Of a stretch of 64,000 nucleotides of DNA, positions 59,485 to 64,000 are shown one piece after another. Both the position numbers and the translations under genes were made by a program. This DNA comes from Amphiscolops sp. MND2022. Lineage: Eukaryota. Position 1 is the stretch's first letter; each line of letters begins with the position of its first letter. Location: NCBI GenBank assembly GCA_964187785.1, contig OZ076413.1, positions 45,572,001 through 45,636,000 of the forward strand, read 5' to 3'. Below the pieces are notes generated by a model. The model saw only the letters and a list, made by a program, of their open reading frames with translations. It did no database searches and was not told the origin of the DNA.

Positions 59485-62105
59485 CTTTTGTATACGAAAC
59501 ATCTTCGAATGTTTCCGCGAAAATCGTCGTGAGAAAGTCACTCGCAACAAAAGGTGAGGCCAGAAAGCCGGGAAGTGCTAAAATGATGCGGATGAGACCC
59601 CAAGACCACCCATCTCAGCAGGCAGAGCCAACTGAGTACTCGAAATATTGTCGAAGTTCACGTTACACACTTTGGAAAGCCCGTCGCGCACGGTTTTGTC
59701 ATATTTCTCCAAGAGAGCTGGATGATTAAAACATGTACTGGTTCTCACGAAGTACAACAACTTTGGCAAACTGAAGCAATTTTTCAACATAACAAAACCA
59801 TAGTGCGCATCTAGTTTTTCAACAATCCCGTTAACTTTTTCCTGTTCGTTAATTTTCTTTTCCAATAAGTCTGCTTGTGATTTCAGGCGGAGCGGTGAAC
59901 CAAGAATGATAAGTTCATCTTTCTTTGGTGTTTTGACCCCGGGGCAAAGTTTTTGGAATGATGCTAAAATTGTCGATCGTCGTTTTCCAGTGATGTCACC
60001 AGGGAAAAAATCAGATTTCGTGGGTTTAATTTTGAGCCTCAGCGTTCTTTCCGCTTCAACAAATTTTTTGAGATCTTTCGGTAATCATCACTTAAATGTC
60101 CATCGTCAAGGTACTATAAGTTTATTTTCGACTCCAAACTGTCAATCAGATCCTGAATGGAATCCGAAAACAAAGCTGGAGACTCGGGATCTCTTTGCTG
60201 GGTCCCTTCTCAAGGTTTGATTACTGAATCACCGTAAAAAGAAAACTTGGCTGACTGTACGCCGAGTGTGAATACTTATACACTTCAGGGTGTATTTCAA
60301 AAACTTTTTCTAGCAAGAATTGCCGGTTTATTGGATTGAAAGCGTTTTCAAAGTCAATTTTAAAATTACGTTTTCTTTGGACTGAGGGCTTTCTATCAAA
60401 CAACGGAAAACATGTGAGGCTAATTCAGCGTCCGTTTTGGTGCCTACACCTACTTGTCGATTTCCATATCTTGCTTGACGTGATTCGAAGGCATAGTATC
60501 CGGCACATTTTGCGGACAATCGGTGGAAAGTAATGCCTACAGCGATAGGACGAAGTCCTCCATCGGGCTTTTTTAGCGCAATTAGTTTCGCAACAAAGAA
60601 GTACGGCCGCAGTTCGAAAGGTACTTTTCCTTCGAGAATCACATTCACAAGTTTTGTTAAGGCTCTGAGAAAATTCAGTCCAGTTTGCCCGTTCAACTTG
60701 GCAGTCAAATTTTTCAAAATTTGGGGCGAAATGCCATCCAACCCTGCACTAGAGCCGTTGGGGAAAGACATGAGAGCCTTGTGGACGAAAAACTTTTGTA
60801 TACGAAACATCTTCGAATGTTTCCGAGAAAATCGTCGTGAGAAAGTCACTCGCAACAAAAGCTGAGGCCAGAAAGCCGGGAAAAGCTAAAATGATGCGGA
60901 TGAGACACCAAAACCACCCATCTCAGCAGGCAGAGCCAACTGAGTACTCGAAATATCGTCGAAGTTCACGTTACACACTTTGGAAAGCCCGTCGCGCACG
61001 GTTTTGTCATATTTCTCCAAGAGAGCTGGATGATTAAAACATGTACTGGTTCTCACGAAGTACAACAACTTTGGCAAACTGAAGCAATTTTTCAACATAA
61101 AAAAACCATAGTGCGCATCTAGTTTTTCAACAATCCCGTTAACTTTTTCCTGTTCGTTAATTTTCTTTTCCAATAAGTCTGCTTGTGATTTCAGGCGGAG
61201 CGGTGAACCAAGAATGATAAGTTCATCTTTCTTTGGTGTTTTGACCCCGGGGCAAAGTTTTTGGAATGATGCTAAATTTGTCAATCGTCGTTTTCCAGTG
61301 ATGTCACCAGGGAAAAAATCAGATTTCGTGGGTTTAATTTTGAGCCTCAGCGTTCTTTCCGCTTCAACAAATTTTTTGAGATCTTTCGGTAATCATCACT
61401 TAAATGTCCATCGTCAAGGTACTATAAGTTTATTTTCGACTCCAAACTGTCAATCAGATCCTGAATGGAATCCGAAAACAAAGCTGGAGACTCGGGATCT
61501 CTTTGCTGGGTCCCTTCTCATGGTTTGATTACTGAATCACCGTAAAAAAGAAAACTTGGCTGACTGTACGCCGAGTGTGAATACTTATACACTTCAGGGT
61601 GTATTTCAAAAACTTTCTCTAGCAAGAATTGCCAGTTTATTGAATTGAAAGCGTTTTCAAAGTCAATTTTTAAAATTACGTTTTCTTTGGACTGAGGGCT
61701 TTCTATCAAACAACGGAAAACATGTGAGGCTAATTCAGCGTCCCTTTTGGTGCCTACACCTACTTGTCGATTTCCATATCTTGCTTGACGTGATTCGAAG
61801 GCACAGTATCCGGCACATTTTGCGGACAATCGGTGGAAAGTAATGCCTACAGCGATAGAACGAAGTCCTCCATCGGGCTTTTTTAGCGCAATTAGTTTCG
61901 CAACAAAGAAGTACGGCCGCAGTTCGAAAAGTACTTTTCCTTCGAGAATCACATTCACAAGTTTTGTTAAGACTCTGAAAAATTTCAGTCCAGTTTGCCC
62001 GTTCAACTTGGCAGTCAAATTTTTCAAAATTTGGGGCGAAATGCCATCCAACCTTGCACTAGAGCCGTTGGGGAAAGACATGAGAGCCTTGTGGACGAAA
62101 AACTT
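59485..62105. repeat. Tandem duplication (~1.31 kb x2) of the RT region
   Basis: 59485-60792 matches 60793-62102; CTT microhomology at the junctions. Confidence 0.92.
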
Positions 62106-64000
62106 CGAGGTTGAAAAGCTATCGATATCTGTGGGGTCCGGAACAGAGCAAGTTTCCCTGAATGCGTGAATGTCAAATGAATACGTTTAAAATGTCAAAA
62201 AATTATCAAAATACGTCTGAAAAACGGGAAAAACGTCTAAAAATGGCAAATACGTCTAAGATGTCAAAAAATCATCAAAATACATGGCAGCGGGAAGAAC
62301 GCTTAAGGAATAACATCTGTATACAAATTGAGAAAAACGTCTAAAAAATATCAATATTTTGGGAATAGTGTTTAAAGTTTCAGACGTTATTCCTGTTTCA
62401 AAAGAAGGACTTTCTGAAAGCGAAAATATCATAATGTGGGACACATGCGGTCTATGCACGCTCGCCCTCACCGTCGAAAAGACCAGCAGCCACTACCATC
62501 GCTTCGCAATCTCCGTTCCCGCTAAGTCTTTGCTCCTGTTCGACCTCTATTAGCAAGATGGCAACATAAGCGGCCTCAAGGGGATGCGGGGCACTATACG
62601 AAATGGAGACATATCTGAAGCACGTTTTATATTTCATATCTCTTTTTATTGTTAGATCTTAATTGACTTCTTTTTTTTCCAGTTTCATGTGTTTTCCTGT
62701 TTTTCTGTCGCTTTTCGACAATTTTCGGATTTTTGGGGCGTTTTTCCTGATTTTATACGTTATTCCTTTTTTCGGACTTACTTGCATGGTTTTTTGGACG
62801 TTTTTTTCCGATTTAGATTCAAATACCCATCAGACACTTTTGCTCGTTTTCGATGGCCTTCGATTATCTCATAGTTCATTCCTGAAAACTAGAGCGAGAG
62901 AAGAACTTTTCAGCACAAAAAACAATGTTTCAAAATCTAGAATAACATCCAAGAAAGAAACGGGAATAGCGTTCAAATAGTTCTACGTTTTTTCTGAAAA
63001 GTGAGTAAAAGTTAGACGTTAATCCTCAGACGTTTTTCCCGCCCCTGCATGGAAACTTCCTGAAAACTAGGATCACAAGTCACGTGGCTTAGAGTCATTT
63101 GATCTAGTTTTTTCGCTGAGTCGTTTAGCTTAACATTTTGAAGCTAAATGACCACAAAACTGAGCCAAGTCCATTGTAACTCAAGCAATGGCTAGAAACA
63201 ACCTATTCAAAACCAAAACTGAAATGAACTTTCAACGAAATGTTTAGGAACAAGCAACAACAACAAACAATGTTACGAAATGTTTGGCATATTTGTTGAA
63301 TGGTTCGGTCGCTTCGCTCCACTCGGCAAGTAGCAACATTGAAGCATGACCATTTGATACTTCGCTCTGCTTCGCTTCGCTCCTGCCTTTAGGGCTTTAG
63401 GGGTAAGTGAACATAGCAGACTGCGTTTTGATAATTTCAAACAAATCTGCCACGCGTTTTCAACTACGTGATTTTAAGCCAACTGACATTAAGCCAAGTG
63501 ACCATCGCTTGAGACATTTGGCTTTGAAAAATTAGGCTAAAAGACCAAATGTATCAAGCCAAAGGACTTCAAGGCAAGTGACTTTGAGCCAAGTGACCAA
63601 TTACCAAAACCAGTTCAGAAGAAGACCTCAAACAGGGTGACTTTCGAGAGCCATAACTCAGACCTCAATGAAAGATTCAACCGCAAAACTGCAGTGACAC
63701 CCCTTGTTTTAGCTAAACTACTAATTTAGCAATCAAAAAAATTAATGTAAGTTTTGCTAGGAATGCATTCGTATTTTGGATTTTTTGACTTTTCGAGCAT
63801 TATATCTTTTCCAGCGAATATTGCCGTTCGTTTCATGTTTACCATACTCTAGCTGTCGTATGAGAATGTGATTGTGCTGTGCAAACAAATTTGATCATTG
63901 TAGCAATCATTAGTTTAATTAAATAGGCAGAAAGTGACCAAGGTAATGTAATTACTTGTCACGAACGTGTAGTTACTAGCTGTAAAACAGCGGCCCTTCT

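Larger units (their letters stand above)
58300..62165 (-). mobile_element. RLE-type non-LTR retrotransposon (CRE-like), degenerate
   Basis: SSAGLDG, LIALKKPDGGLRPIAVG, KIDFENAFN, YLDD, EMGGLG; RPDG..WDVTVVD..EASKIEKY endonuclease. Confidence 0.9.

Overview
This is repeat-rich eukaryotic DNA, probably from an invertebrate animal, and most of it is mobile elements. (1) 1-10926 is the right part of a decaying Polinton/Maverick (adintovirus-like) element. It carries an EGF-like growth-factor gene, PC4-like, PLA2-like and DEDD-exonuclease ORFs, a packaging ATPase, rve integrase, penton, core protein, hexon and adenain protease, and ends in ...ACTACT. (2) Two internally deleted minus-strand Ty3/Gypsy elements lie at 13758-18836 and 22975-25117, each with LTRs, PBS, PPT and a 5-bp TSD. 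(3) A 15.9-kb Ty3/Gypsy element (26759-42649, TSD TTTGG) has 1.72-kb LTRs whose inner borders both fall inside ORFs, and no PPT. Between pol and the 3' LTR it carries an antisense, intron-containing, BED-finger/hAT-transposase-like gene and a sense accessory ORF. This is the most unusual object in the window. (4) The rest holds a LINE remnant, a 4x 1.35-kb tandem array, one five-exon host gene (55938->51878), nested MITEs and a tandemly duplicated RLE-type non-LTR retrotransposon remnant. Family assignments come from motif recognition by eye; no database search was run.
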